NCBI RefSeq assembly: GCF_006345805.1
Contig: NC_043017.1
Span: forward strand, 5,456,001 to 5,520,000
Direction of reading: 5' to 3'
DNA from: Octopus sinensis
Taxonomy: Eukaryota
Length of the DNA stretch: 64,000 nucleotides
Shown here: in pieces, positions 40,707-56,652 of the stretch
Position numbering within the stretch: position 1 is the stretch's first letter
Layout of the letters: each line of letters opens with the position of its first letter
Position numbers and translations under genes: made by a program
Notes under the pieces: generated by a model
The model's input: the letters and a program-made list of their open reading frames with translations, nothing else
Databases searched by the model: none
What the model was told of the DNA's origin: nothing

Positions 40707-41748
40707 CATGGCCCATCAGGAAGAATAGCCTGGGCAAATTTCAGAGAGCTCTTACCTCTGCTGGTGACAAAAGGCCTCTCGCTCAGAATAAAAGGCAAAC
40801 TTTATGACGCATGTGTACGAACAGCCATGCTACATGGCAGTGAAACTTGGGCCGTGACTGCTGAGGATATGCGTAAGCTCGCAAGAAATGAAGCCAGTAT
40901 GCTCCGATGGATGTGTAATGTCAGTGTTCATACTCAACAGAGTGTAAGTACCTTGAGAGAAAAGTTGGACCTAAGATGCATCAGTTGTGGTGTGCAAGAG
41001 AGACGTTTGCGCTGGTTTGGTCATGTAGCAAGAATGGATGAAGGTAGTTGTGTGAAAAAGTGTCACACCCTAGCGGTTGAGGGAACCTGTGGAAGAGGTA
41101 GACCCAGGAAAACCTGGGACGAGGTGGTGAAGAACGACCTTCGAACTTTAGGTCTCACCGAGGAAATGACCAGAGACCGAGACCTTTGGAAGTATGCTGT
41201 GCGTGGGAAGACCCAGCAGGACAAGTGACACCATAACCCGTGGCCTCTACCTGGGATGTAGCCAGCCAACTTATGCATACTTTTACTTCTTGTGACACAA
41301 ACCCTACTTATGAAGACCTGTTGAGGCAAGTGAAAATCAAAATCAAAATCGTTCAACATTAATGGAAATTGTAGCTGTGATACCAGTGCCGGTGGCATGT
41401 AAGAGAACCATCTGAACATGGCTGTTGCCAGCGCCGCCCTAACTGGCTTCCGTGCCAGTGGCACGTAAAAAGCACCATCCGATTGTGGCCATTGCCAGCC
41501 TCGTCTGGCACGTAAAAAGCACCATCCGATCATGGCCATTTGCCAGCCTCGTCTGGCACCTGTGCAGGTGGCACATAAAAAGCACCCACTACACTCTCGG
41601 AGTGGTTGGCGTTAGGAAGGGCATCCAGCTGTAAAAACACTGCCAGATCAGACTGGGCCTGGCACAGCCTTTTTGGCTTCCCAGACCCCAGTTGAACTGT
41701 CCAACCCATGCTAGCATGGAAAACGGACGTTAAACGATGATGATGATA
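40703..41748 (+). mobile_element. 5'-truncated RTE-clade LINE (ORF C-terminus 40703-41228, 3' UTR and (GAT)n tail)
   Basis: Uninterrupted peptide AWANFRELLPLL...KGKLYDACVRTAMLHGSETW...RRLRWFGHVARM...GRGRPRKTW...TRDRDLWKYAV*, then a 3' UTR ending AACCCATGCTAGCATGGAAAACGGACGTTAAACGATGATGATGA. Confidence 0.92.
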
Positions 41749-42209
41749 TACATATATCTATATATATACATATCTGGATTCTAAAGTTACATGTCTAAAT
41801 ACATGTTATTCAGATACTGTTCTTTTTTAGTATATGAGGTTTTAACTCAGGGGGATTAATTTGAGTTGTGGGTGACAGGTTTGCATTAGTTAGGTATGGT
41901 TTAGATTGTAGAATGTGAATGTTTGCAGGCACCTGGGTAATTGTTCCGTAAATCTGTTTATAATGCACTCCTCTGTTAACAATATTGAGAGTGACTCTTC
42001 AGAACATAGCTAGCATTTCCAGGATAATGTGTTATAGGAACTCACGTCTAGATATGGACCAGGTCAGGTCATATTTTGCCTTCTCTTCCTTGAGCCTCCT
42101 GATAAAATCAGCCAGTGATGTTGCATGTCATTTAGGGATTTTTCGAAAGCTGCCAATGTGGTTATGATATTGATTTTTGAAAATATCGGCTGATTCTCCG
42201 ATATAGACA

Positions 42210-42300
42210 TAGGGGCCTTTTGAAATACAGGTACTACTCATTATTTGGCAGCTGAGTGGACTGGAGAAATGTGAAATAAAGTCTCTTGCTCAAGGACCCT
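42210..42300 (-). mobile_element. SINE fragment (family of 61318-61625)
   Basis: TGAAATACAGGTAC...TGAAATAAAGTCTCTTGCTCAAGGAC matches the 15.7-kb copy. Confidence 0.6.
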
Positions 42301-42379
42301 TTACATAAGGTTCTATGTTAAGAAAATCTTACTTAGATAAATACACATTATAAAGATCACCATTTTCTTTAACCTTGAA

Positions 42380-42735
42380 GTATAGTAGTGACTGTGTGGT
42401 AAGTAGCTTGCTTACCAACCACATGGTTCTGGGTTCAGTCCCACTGCATGGCTCATTGGGCAAGTGTCTTCTACTATAGCCCTGGGCCAACTAAAGCCTT
42501 GTGAATGGATTTAGATATATGTATATATGTTTGTGTGTCCATGTTTGTCCCCCCACCACCATCACTTGACAACTGATGTTGGTGTGTTTACATCCCTGTA
42601 ACTTAGCGATTCAGCAAACGAGGCCAATAGAATAAGTACTAGGCTTACAAAGAATAAGTCATGAGGTTGATTTGTTGCACTAAAGGTGGTGCTCCAACAT
42701 GGCTGCAGTCAAATTACTGAAACAAATAAAAGAAT
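42380..42735 (+). mobile_element. tRNA-derived SINE (OK-type family)
   Basis: CTGTGTGGTAAGTAGCTTGCTTACCAACCACATGGTTCTGGGTTCAGTCCCACTG (A/B boxes)...GGCAAGTGTCTTCTACTATAGCC...AGAATAAGT...GGTGCTCCAACATGGCTGCAGTCAAATTACTGAAACAAATAAAAGAAT. Confidence 0.85.
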
Positions 42736-45700
42736 GTGTGTGTTATGTATATAATGTTTGGAGTTCAAATGTCAGTCATTACCTGAATTCTTACAGTCTT
42801 GGATAAAATGCCTTAGCCATTTGCATTCTGAAAAATCATTGATGACAACTTTTCTTTTGTTGATAGAATAATACACTTGTCAAGTAGTGGGGAAAGATGT
42901 TAATATAATCAACTATGCCCTAAAGAGTTATGCTCCAGCAAGGTAACAGTTCAATGGCCAAAACCAATAAAAGAAAATGTTTGTGTCTCTCGGTGGGGTT
43001 AGTCACATATTTACGTATACTTGACTAGGAAAAGTCATACAGTTAATTCTAGTTATATTATCATGACATAACTGATTAGTTTACAAGCTGTCAAATACTA
43101 CAAACAATAAATTATATTAAAGCATGAGAAAGAGAGTAGGAAATGAAATGATTGACACAAAAAATACTGGTTTACTTTTCTTTCAATCAACATTTATTAC
43201 AGATTATTTGTCTGTTGTTTCTTTTTTTTTTTCAATTTTATTTATTTTTTTTTAATATTCAGCCAAAATATCACACAAACATATCAGAGAAGCGTGACAA
43301 AGGCGGCTGAAGTCAGATAAAAGTTGACAGTTAAACCACAATGGTGTCCTTATTTTTTCTTTTTTTTTTAATAAATTTTTAGCAGCTGACCAGACACCAC
43401 CATCTTACTAACAAAATTCCACAAAAAAAAAAAAAAAATACATACATATATATCTATGTACACATATATATACACATACACTCAAATCCATTCAGCCACA
43501 TAACCAGATGAAAAAAAAAAACACAATTTAAAAGGAATGGTTCATGTGGTTTGCAGTGGAAGTATTACTGTGATGGTAGCAGTAGTAGTTATAATAGTAG
43601 TAGTAATAGTAGTGAAATTAGCAATTGTACATCTTTGGTTAAGAGAAGAAATTCTCTCTCGTTAATCTTCCATTCTGATATAATGGAAGTTGATAATTTA
43701 TTAGTACAGATCTTAAATTTCAAAATGTTAATAGAATTTTACATTTCTTTTTTTTATGCATTTGTTATAAAATTATAAACACCTCAGATCTAACCAAGAA
43801 ACATCAAACACATGGAATATATTTTAACTGACAATTTTATACTAGAATTTGTGACTTCATCCTTGAAGCCATACTGATTGTATGTAAACTTGTTTGCGAT
43901 CCTTTCCAAAAGTTTTAGCACTACTTTCACTACTAGCTTGTGTGTATGTATGTGTAATAACAAATTTGTTACATATATTTATATATACCTGTTTAGAATA
44001 TTCTTGGTCATTATTTTTGATAGATCAAATAATCATACTGCAAGGACATTGTGATTCTAATGACAATTTCTTTGACCAATGCTTTCTCCCACTTTTTTCT
44101 ACACCCAAAAGCTTTTTGTTTTTTCTTTCTTCATTTTGAAGGCTCATGATATAAATGTTGAGAATACAAAGAGATCAATTTTTTTTTTTAGTTTTTTTTT
44201 TTTTTACTGCAGACCACAGACAGCAATTGAGAATGAAATAATAATGATGACAATATAAATGATAATGCCACGCTTTTAAGCATATGATTGTTTTTAGCAG
44301 AACAAATTCAAGTGTTTCAGTTGAAGGATTAAGAAATAGTATGAAGTAAATTATATTTTCTCCTTTAACAAGACTCCAGGAGTTTGGCTCACCGGTAAAG
44401 TGTTCAATCAACAACCACAATAATTTGAATCCTGGAATTCCTCACTTTGTAAGATTTTTTGGATTTTTTTTATAGCCCTTATAAACAGAGAAATAGGGTT
44501 GTAGTATTTAGGGGTATTTTATTTTATTTTTGTTTGCATGTGTGTGAGGTAGCAGGTTGGTAAAGAAATAGTCATTATTTATCGACCTTTTTACTACTAG
44601 AACATACTTTTAATCTTTCATTTGTTATAACTTCATCACTTATTTGATTCAGTCGTCATTTTACAGCAGTTTGAAATAGATGGAATGAATTAATGTTTCA
44701 GAAACAACATATATCTTAGAAGAAAAAAGTGAATGGAACAAGTGTTTAAAATTATTCTTTAAAAAGGTTTAAAGAACAAACTTTTTTCTTCCATACTCCC
44801 ACCAACAGTTTTATAGAAAATAAAATGATATAGCTGCTTTTCTCCCTTTGATTTACAAATTATTTGCAACACTTAAGTATCAAAACAAAATTTTATAATC
44901 TAGAAAACGAAGTCAACGTGTAAGTAGAAACTTTGTTCTCTTCAACTCAAAGGTTGAGGTGACCATCACTTACATTTGTTTTGGTCCATATCCAACATTA
45001 TCACCACTTCATGAGTTCTATCTGAAGGTTATAAGGGTGTTGCTGTTGGCCTTAATAGACAACCAATATATTATTAGTACTTTATCGCAAAGAGAACATT
45101 GAATTATATCTTAAATCAGGATATCAGGAAACCAACACTAATACTAATATAACTAATCATTAAGAAGGAACAATATTTTTTAAAAAATGAAATAAAGATT
45201 TAGTTTTCAAGAAGTCCTATATCAATAAATAGAGTATACTCTGATATTTTCAGTATATTTAAACTAAGCTTATCAAACAACTTGGCCAAGTTTTATATGC
45301 TCCAAGATATTCATATTTATATTAAGTGATATATTTATATATCAAAATTCCATCCTGTTTTTTTCTATAACTTTGAGAAAGTTTTTAATCAAGATGCAAA
45401 ACTAGCAAGCATATATAATACTATAAAACTATAGCAATTATCATCATCTATACTATAAACCAATAGCAGCAATGTTATACTTTGAAAGAATAGCAATATG
45501 TTATATTTCAAGAGAACAGTGTTAATGTTATTCTATAAAAAAAAATCATTCCTGTTATACTATAAAAGCAAATTTATTTAGTTTCTAATAGAAAAGAAAA
45601 AAAAAATGAACTAAAAATGAAAAGCTTTGTACAGTGATTCATTATTGTATTCTCATTGTGAGTAAGATGAATGTACTCAGCCAATCATGATATTGTCCCA

Positions 45701-46359
45701 TTATTATACTTAACTTTCAAAGAAAAGGCCAGTTTCATTTTCGGCTTGAGTTATGCTCCTTTGGCAGCTCAGGCATTGACTAGAATTTGTGTAATGACTG
45801 GCATTCTTTGAGAAGTTTAATTACAAATGTTATTCACAAATTAGAAATTCAATTCAAATTTAGGAAAACACACAAACATCTACTGTTAGTAGATATATAG
45901 CAACTTCTAGAACTTAATATACTTAAATAGTTATATAATATACTTCATGGTTCACACTTGCTCCCCCATACAGTACTATTCCTAGACACACTTATTTTCA
46001 TTTTTGTGTAAATATATTTATCAGGAATAACTATATTCGTTGCATCTTCATTGTCATATACCACTAACAAGACTCTTCATTCTTCAAGCCAGTGCCTATT
46101 TCAGTTCATTTATAATTCTGACAGAACTGTGTCTATGAAATTAATGTGTGTGTGTGTGAATATATATATACACACACACACACATATATATATATACATG
46201 TACACATACTATATACATATACATGCACACATATATTACATTCATCTATACGCATACAAATATTACATACATATGCATGTATATACATGCATAAGTACAT
46301 GCATATACACTATAATACAATATAATATGTATTTATATAAATACATAATACATATCATT

Positions 46360-46505
46360 ATTGGGCAGAGGTATGGTTATGTATTTAGAAAGATTGGTCT
46401 CAGGTTCAGTTCCACTACACAACACATTAGGTGTCTTCATTATAGACCCAGGCCAATCAATGCCATGTGAGTTAAGCCAATAGATGGAACCTGTACAAAA
46501 AACCA
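46360..46505 (+). mobile_element. Degenerate SINE head (OK-type family)
   Basis: CAGGTTCAGTTCCACTAC...GTGTCTTCATTATAGACCCAGGCC, similar to the 42.4-kb copy. Confidence 0.55.
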
Positions 46506-46581
46506 TTATATATGTATGTGTATGTGTGCGTGCATGTGTGTGTGTATATATATATATACATATATATATATATTATATATA

Positions 46582-46645
<64 letters not shown>

Positions 46646-47604
46646 AAGAGCAGGTTGCTGGAAGATTGAATGTCTCTGAGGAATACTGAAATGAAGTAGA
46701 GAAGACAGCAAGAATGATTTATTCATGGTGATGCAATGTTCTCATGCAACATTAACAGTACAACTAGTTTACCAAAGTTCAGAATTAATGTTCTAACGTC
46801 TAGAACCTTCCCCTTTCAAATAGAAAATGTTGATTATTTTTATGCATGAAATTGCTCAAAGCCATCTGAATGAAATAAGGTGAGATACATTCTATAAGGT
46901 GCAAAAGTAATGAAGAAGGGGACAGCTGTTAAATCTTAAGAAAACAACATCATACATGTAATATTAAATCTATGAGCATGAATCTAAATGCTGCTATTCG
47001 ATTCTGTATTTATTTTGACTACAAAATACATCGATGTATGTTTTGATTTTAATTTGTATGAAAAATATTTCTTTTATTTGTGACTGATCAAGTATGCAAA
47101 AGTTATTAACAATTAAAAGAATTCTAAAGTAAATGTATTAAATACAGTGCATAATTCACTGCAATATTGCTATGCATCTGCTACCTTACTACTACCACCA
47201 CAACCACCATCACCACTGCCACCATCATCATCATTTGCTCAAGGTTGAAGATACTTCAGGATTTACTCTGGATGGAATGAGATAAACTTACAACCAAAAA
47301 AAGAGAAAACTTGCATTTGGTGGCACGCATTCAATGTATTTCCCTGTGCGTGATTGAAAAGGTTTTTTTTTTTTTAAACAGCAGAAATTGGGCTTTGGAA
47401 AGTTCAATTTCCATTGTTGCTATCATTACTGTTACTATCATTATTATCATTATTATTTCTTATTGAGCATTAAACAGCAAACAATATGCTGATAATATCA
47501 TTCTAGTTAACTGCATACATACATAAATGCAAATACAAGTACAGAAAACATTCCATTAAATACACATTTTCTTCACATAACTATCTATATCTATGTATGT
47601 ATGT

Positions 47605-47635
<31 letters not shown>

Positions 47636-47775
47636 CATATACATACAAATATATTCACATACAACACACTCATTGCACATACATATATATATTATATATA
47701 TATATTCATATATGCATATATATAAATTCGTGCATATATATATAAACATATATGCTTATTACATTTATATATATT

Positions 47776-47821
<46 letters not shown>

Positions 47822-48526
47822 GTATGTCTATATGTATAATGTGCATAAGAATAATAAAAACTAAAAAAAAAGATATAGCCTAAATCATGATTTCTTTTCA
47901 CTTACAAAGATTTTGAGGAATTTTGTTCTTTTCTTTCCCTTTTGTTAATAATGAAAAAGAAAAACAATAATCATAATTGCAACAGTAATCATCATAACAA
48001 AACAAATATATTACAAATGCATAAATACATTGGATGCATGTACACATTAGAAGATGTGGACAAAGACTCCTACATGATAAGTACAAAATAATATCATTGA
48101 CAGGAAATATAGGAAGCATTTTCTTTAGAAATTTTTAAAAAATGTAAATGTTCTTTTTTTTTTCTTGATGATATTACAAGATTTTTTTGTTTGTTTTTAA
48201 TTTTCTTTAAAAAAAAGCACCTAAACTGGACATGTACTTTGTTGTACATGTCTTTTGAAGGAAGTCTCTGGAAACAAGTCATCTAATTAATGACTTGAAA
48301 TTTCAGCAAAATATTTTTAGTGAAAGATTTGGAGATTACATTATATATCTGTACGTGAACAGTTGTTGATTCCGAGCAACATTACTCAAAGCTACATAGA
48401 TACAAAAAGACGTACCTAATCATTACAATGTTCCCCATGAGATATTTTACATATATATATTTACACACATACATACATGTATACACATGTGTGCATACAC
48501 ATATTTATATATGTGTATGGATATAC

Positions 48527-48573
<47 letters not shown>

Positions 48574-48600
48574 TATATATATGTATATATACAAACACAC

Positions 48601-48648
<48 letters not shown>

Positions 48649-48788
48649 GCATATATAAATATTTATATGTATATGTAAACATATATATACACATACATAC
48701 ACACAAAATGTGTATATATGAATGTTAATGAATATTCATATATGTATGTTTGTGTGTTTATATCTGTGTGTGTACATCTATCTATCTA

Positions 48789-48824
<36 letters not shown>

Positions 48825-49533
48825 GTATGTATATATTTATAAGTTCATGCTTTTATGTATATGTAAACACACACATATATAAATATATAATTTTACATCC
48901 TCCACCCCCATCCCATGAATTTATCTTGTCTATTTTATAAACAACGATCGTGTCATTGAACTACAATGTAAATTTACCATAATCTTTGCCAATTGGGGAG
49001 GATATACTTCATCTTTCATCATTTCGTTATTAGTATTTAACTGATTACATATGAGGAACGTATTGTTTTCTAATTATCAATTATTTTTAGAAGATTTATC
49101 TTGATGATTTACTAATTTGCTTTACTTCACAAGAAATCTTTCTTAATTTTTCTGTTTATTATTATTGTAATAGAAGTTGTAATGTACAAGCCTCTTAATG
49201 GAGATTATTTATCCTCCTTCATTGGCAGAGTGCATGCTCTTTAATGATTCTGTTTACTCCCTTCCCTCATGTAAGGTTGTTTTTTTTTTCTTATATACAT
49301 TCTTTAAAAATTTTTGGCATCTACACACAGCACCACCATGTTATAAGAAAGATAATAATAATAATTATAATAATAATAATAATAATATCTTTTACAGTCA
49401 TGAAGCCTATAATTTTGAAAAGAAATAAGGGAACTTATAGCATTCATGCTGTTTCTAATGCCATAAGTGTTGTAAGTGAAGTGGTTCCAAATTGTGAATT
49501 ACTACACTATGGCATCTGCTTACCAATAATAAT

Positions 49534-49576
<43 letters not shown>

Positions 49577-49939
49577 TATATATATATAAAACCCAAATGC
49601 ACACCTTGCAAAACGGAAATTGGCAGTGTCAAAACATCGGATTCACAAATACAACTGAAAAATGGAAATATGGAGAATGGATTAATTCTTTAATCCAACT
49701 AACATAAAAATTTATAGAATTGGTGAATAAATAGTTAAATATATCCAGTGATTAAATAGGTTAATGAAATGGAGGGTTAAGGTAAAAGACTGGGTGGAGT
49801 TTTAACAGTAATATTGGTAACAACAAGAAGAAAACTAACATTGCCCACAACAACATCAACAAATATAACAATTACATAAATAAATATTGCAATGTTGTTA
49901 AGTTGTATGTAATAATAATAATAATGTTTCTAATTCAGG

Positions 49940-50140
49940 CACAGGGCCAGCTATTTTGAGGGAGGGGATTGTACTGAGCCCAGCACTTGACTGGTACTTT
50001 GTTTTATCGACTCCCAGAGGAATGAAACGCAAAGTTGACCTCGGCGGGATTTGAACTCAGAACATACACAGCCAGAATAAATACTGCAAGGTATTTATTC
50101 TAGCTGCTAACTTTCCGATGCTCAAGCAATTCTGCCAAAT
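49940..50140 (-). mobile_element. tRNA-derived SINE (family of 131-350)
   Basis: CTGGTACTTTGTTTTATCGACTCCCAGAGGAATGAAACGCAAAGTTGACCTCGGCGGGATTTGAACTCAGAAC is the reverse complement of the SINE body. Confidence 0.8.
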
Positions 50141-51893
50141 AATAATAATGGAAATAAAGAATTATTTCCTACAGAATGTGGAGTGGATTTCTCATCTGAC
50201 TCATTGCATATTTTATTTTTTATATTTTTATTGTTTACTGTTTTGACTTTGAGGACTTCTTTGTTTACTTGTTATTTTTCTCTATTGTTGTTACTTTCTT
50301 GGTGCTTGTTGTCATAGCATTATCTTGTTAAGTTACAAAACTAACAACAGTTGAAAATATTATAATGGAGAGGAAGGCAGTTGAGAAAGAATACATATTC
50401 TTAAATCTACAGCTGAGATGGAACATATATTCTTAAATTTAATTTTCAGTCTTCAATTTAGTGTCAAATGAAAACTTAGTGTGAAGTTTGCACACATAGG
50501 ATTGCTATTTTAGTGTGACCATATAATTGCTTATTTCAAATGAATTCTTTTTACTTCATTTCCATTTTGCAATAACCACAGAGTAATCTCATGGACATAT
50601 CTAAAAGCAATAATGTTTATAAATATAGCCTTTCTCTCACTGATGATTAACTATGTAAAATATGATATTTAAGCTAATGCCTGGGTAATATATATATATT
50701 TTAATATGTATCTATGTCTTACTGATTACATTCTTTGTAAATTTATAAATTAATTGGGAAAAATTATGTTTAGGAAATATTAAAGGAATGAGAAAAGTAA
50801 AAAGCTAGAGTTAAAAAGAAAAGAAATGAAAATGAGCAGAAAGCATTTTGAAACCACTGACAGTTCTAGAGAAATAAGTGTCTCTTCCACCCATGTTGGA
50901 GAGATCACAAATGTATTTTCACACTGTTGTGAAATTGAGTGTTATAGGTCTCCCCTATCATCTAAATCCAATGCATGTTGTAGGGTATCTTAGAGGAGTT
51001 GGCTTCACTGGCAATTGACCATAAGTATCTTACTGGTAGCTATTTCCATCACCATGGGAAGAACAAAGGTACCTAAATAGACAATCAACAAGTAATTTTT
51101 CCAACAAGTGCTACTAATGACAGATCTACCACCTTGACTGGTAAAAGAGAAAAATATATAGGGGAAATAGTGGGATGAGTACCAAATAATTAAAATTAAC
51201 TTATGAGACAGACATACAGAGCAACCTAATTTCTAAACCACATACTAACACACATACACAAATAAATAGGATATATAAACAAAAGAAGTACATGTTGCTT
51301 TGTCATGTAAAGAAGTGATACTTAAGGTATTAGACAAGGCTAGTCAACAGTGAAAAGATGTTGAGAAGGGTTCCACAAGAAACATTCATCTTCCATTTCT
51401 CATGATACACTAATGTACATATTCTTTTGATTATATTTTCTATCCAATTTATGCTAATACAGACTATTACTAGCCTACCAATTCTAGTGACTATTCTTAT
51501 CATAAAAAAAAAAAAAAAAAAAAGTAACACTGGCACATACACAATATATTGCTGGTCAGTTATCAGAATAATAACTCCCCACAGCCACATCTCAGCAGCC
51601 AAACCAGGACTACTGTGAAAGAAACTAGAATGAGAATATGAAATATAAGTGGTCAATTTAAAATAGAATTTTTTAGATCTCTTTGACAGGTACAAAGCTT
51701 AAGGGGAAAAGAGAAATGAAACTGCATGGTTATGTTCCTGTAACTTTTTTGAAAAATAATAAATTCCCTATCCAATAATAGAAAAGCAAAATGTAATAAA
51801 TGAGTCTGGTAGTTATGAAATAAAATATACACACATTTCAGATGTATGTATATATGTGTGTGTGTATGTATGTATATATATACATATACACAT

Positions 51894-51968
<75 letters not shown>

Positions 51969-52694
51969 AAGAGAATGCATGTGTATGTCTGTAAATGAGT
52001 GCAATGGTATGAGTAGAAATGGAATTGTTATAGGGTATATAAAAAAAAAAAGAAAGGAATGATGATACAATACTCAGCAATGGATGGAATTTAAACAAAA
52101 CAACAGGAATATGAAGCTTACAAAAAATGATTAAAGATGAAGAGAAAGTTAGACGGGGATAGAGGAGACCAAGAGATGAGAAGAGGCATATGTGTGTTTA
52201 TAAATTAAAGTGTTGTTGAGGAGATGATAAAAAGGATATAATTGTGATGTGGGGGAAAACTATCTAGAATGCCATTAAGTGTATTTTTTTTTTATTTTAT
52301 TTTATAAAATTGAAGAGATATGTTGTTAAGAAGGCGATGAAGGAGATTCCCCACCTTCAGAAAAAGAAAGTGGAAATGTTTGTACCGGGATTGATATAAT
52401 ACTCCAGTCATTTGACATTAGACTATCGTCATTAAAAAAAAAAAGGATTTTTTTTCCCTTCTCACATTAATTAAATGTCTACACTCTACAATTCTGTAGA
52501 TTAAAAACAAATTTGTTTTTTCATTTTAATTCCCCAAAATGAAATTCTTTTAAATCAGCATATCCTTATAAATGTATGCATACATGATTGTGTATATGTA
52601 TTGACAAGTATGCATGCATGTGTGCACACATTTGTGAGTGCATATATCTTGTATAATTTCAGCTTTTTTGCTGTAAGTATACTGGTGCACCACA

Positions 52695-52728
<34 letters not shown>

Positions 52729-52766
52729 TCACTGTCAAATATTATACATCTTTGGTGTGTATACAC

Positions 52767-52805
<39 letters not shown>

Positions 52806-53223
52806 CATATTCACACAGCTGCATGCACTAGATAAAAAAAATCAAGCTAAAATGTATTACATACACAGTACACATATATGCATAGATTTATGCGTACATA
52901 CACATGCATGTTCAACTATTGGCAAATGCACATCCTAATATCAAAACACATTGTAGTTATGCATGCACATTGCAGGTTAAACCAAAAATGAAAAAATGAT
53001 ACCATCATAAACACAGCCAACACCTATGGCTACAGAATAAGGCAGCAAAAAAGTGGGTGTAAAAAAAATGGAAGGAGGAGAAGTAGGATGAGGATGATAG
53101 GTAAGATGGCTGTGGGATGTCCAATAAAATGCACAATTCCCATCCAGTGTAGCTGCATCCTCCTTCCAGTCAATTGATTACCATTGCAGTTTATGATAAC
53201 TGATTGTTTGTTTATACATATTC

Positions 53224-53258
<35 letters not shown>

Positions 53259-55991
53259 TAGATGGGGTTTTTAATTGTTCTTTGCTTATATATATAGATA
53301 TATATAGATATATATATATAAATATATATGTATGTGTGTGTGTGTGTGTGTGTGTAGTTGTACACAATATGTATAATGTATTAAAAAACATACACAAATG
53401 CTCACATGCTCAATGATGTAAATATATGTACATATACACATTACATGTATACATTACATATATTACTTACATAAACAGGTATTTCATATGTAGTTGATTT
53501 CATTGGAGAGAAAAAAACGGCAGAGTGATTTTGGAAAAGTTGGTTGATATTACCTCCACAACCATCATCATCATTGTCACCATTAATATTCACCAACATA
53601 TAACTACTGAAGCTGAGGGGCAAACTCCCAATCCAACAGTTCAGTCAATAGCTATTATTTGTTATATAATGGCATACTCTCCACCACTAAAACAACATAG
53701 GGAATTTAGGTTTTTGTGATATAATCATTTTTCATATTTTTCACAATTTTTTGTATTTCTTTATTCTTTACTTTGGCTTACAAATCAGTCATTTTTGCAT
53801 CACATCAGCATCTTAAAAAACACAAGTTAAATCTTGCTTTCAAGATTTCAGCAAGTTTTATTGTTTTTGTAATTTTTTCGTCAGTTTTATATAAAAACAT
53901 CCTTCTTTCTTTCACTTCTACTCATCATGGCCACATCAGTTTTTCTCTCTCTACTTCTTTATTATTATTATTATTATTATTATTATATTATTATTATTAT
54001 TGTATAACCAAACCTTAATTCTAAATTAAACAGACTTACTGTCCTATATTTTAAATTCTTTTCCTCTTTAATTTCATATGCATATGCACATCTCTCTTCT
54101 CTCTCATTTTTTTTCTGTTCTCTTTCCATTCTTCATATTACACGTGACATTTTCTTAAAATATGGTTCTTACACAGAAAAACATTATTAAACATCAAGAT
54201 CTTAAAATCAACATATTTGAAGATGTTTATACAAGTGCAAATTATTTTTACTTTTGCAACCATAGATACATATAACCAGAGTACATTTATTGCCAGAAAG
54301 AAAACACCTGCACACCATTATATAACTCTAAATACATGTTTTTGTAATGAATATTCTCTAATAAATATTGTGTTGAATATTCTGAGAAGAAAATTAGTGT
54401 TTATAATACTTAGAACACATATATATTGAAGTGTTTAAAGACATTATTAGACTGAGAATCTTATACATTTTACAGGAAACTCAAAGTAATGGTGCCATGA
54501 AGCTTTAAATAGAATAAAAATTCTGTGTGGATGTGGAACTTTGTGTGTGAGTGTGTGAGAATATGCACATGTATCACATATTAGTCTCCCTATACATGTT
54601 CTATATACTGACATACACAGTCATATCTTGTAATGTAATTGAGTTGTATATGATAATGATAAACAAAATAGTGCATAATTATTATAAACTATTAATAATA
54701 TAATCTAAGCTATATAAAAAAAACTGGACAGTTTAGAGACATAATCACTGAAAAACTCTATAGAAAGCTTTGTTAAGTACCTTGAACAAGTTATCTAACT
54801 TTAGCTAATATATGATATGCCTGAAAAGATTTTTGACTTGAGATTTTATATAAATTGTCATGAGGCACAACTATAATTTTTCAGATAAAAACTCCATTTC
54901 ATCAGATAGTCAAGAATTGTTTTTGCAAATTTTGATGCATTTAGATATTAAGAAGTTCTTTCCTACAGCTATACTCTCAACTATAACCAAGTGATGCAAC
55001 AAATTTATTTCATAGCCACCCATTCTAACATAGAAACAGCATTGTTATCATGACCTTTCCATTCTTCTTCTTTTGAAAGGGTCACAGCCCCAGGAGACTT
55101 GATGTATATATAATTACAAAGACAGGTGATTAACAAAGGGAGTTGAAATGTGTAAACTTAGTTATGATACAAAAACAAATGCTCAGTAATAAAGACAACA
55201 AAAATAATTTTCTTTATGTTTTGTCATAAAAGAATGGAAATTGCAACAATATATATTCAATTATAATTACATAATAAATTATACTTATATAAATGCATTT
55301 TGGAATGCATGAATCTAAATACACATGTATACACATCCACACAAAAATTTGTTCTATTTTTTTAAGAGGTACTCTTAGTTTGATTATAGTTTCTTATGAA
55401 TGATTTATAGAATGCATTTAGAGAGAGAGAGAGAGAGAGAGAGACATGTTTAAGAAACTCTTGTCTGACTTTTTTTAATTTTGATTCAGATGGAAGTAGA
55501 TAAGCTAAAACAAAATAAGTACATTTGTAGCCACTGAAATCTTACACCAATGTTAACCAATCTGTGAAAAACAGTTTTAGAAATCATTAGTAAGAAAAAA
55601 AAGTAATAAAACAGCTGAAAAAATGTTTTAGTTACACTTTCCATCATAGTCTCCATTCTATCGTATTCTCCATCATTTCTGACTTTCCATTTTATATTTC
55701 TTGTGGATGTCACAAGGAGAGTGCAACCAGACTTTGAGGAATACAAACTATTTCCTTTCATTTAGTACAAAATTAATCTTAAAACCAAAACCACATATAA
55801 CTGATACAGCATATTATTAATAATTATTTCTCCTTCACTTTCCACAACAGTAATTAATGCAAAAGATCAGTTAGACAGGTTTTACAGCAGGTCAAAGAGT
55901 AGTGAGGTACCAATCAATTATAGTAAAGCAACAAGGATGGTGTTTCACTTTTACAGCTATATGTGTATGTGTGTATGTGTATATATATATA

Positions 55992-56055
<64 letters not shown>

Positions 56056-56204
56056 CAGTGATCCCCAACCTTTTTCACTACTAAGGACCCCTTTTATTTA
56101 AATGAGTTTTCCTACGAACCTCAAGATATTGAAAGGTCTGTCAGCTTAACATGTTCACAAACCCCCAGTACTGGGTTTCACGAACCACAGGTTGGGTATC
56201 ACTG
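56056..56204. mobile_element. 149-bp hAT-like MITE
   Basis: TIRs CAGTGATCCCCAACC / GGTTGGGTATCACTG match 14/15. Flanks are ATATATAT and ATATACAC (possible degenerate 8-bp TSD in a TA tract). Confidence 0.75.
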
Positions 56205-56582
56205 ATATACACATATAAATAAATATATGCATATATACTGATTATATATATATATATATATACACGCACACACAGAAATATATACATATATATCTATTTT
56301 TTCAATGCTAGAGTAGCTTACATGAACATATTATTGCTTTACAGCTAGATGCTTTTTCTTCAGTAACCCATAGCTGTTTTTCAAGTAAGAGATCTCTTAC
56401 TACACATCTTTAACATCACAGAGCCAGTGGATGATATGTTGACAAGACAAATGACAACAGCATCATCTCTTTTAGCTCAGTGGTTTTCAGAGACATGCAA
56501 ATGTAAATGAACCCAAAGCCACACAGCTGAGAACCATTTCTTAATCGGGCAAACTTGCCTGTACCTATATCTATCTTTCTAA

Positions 56583-56652
<70 letters not shown>

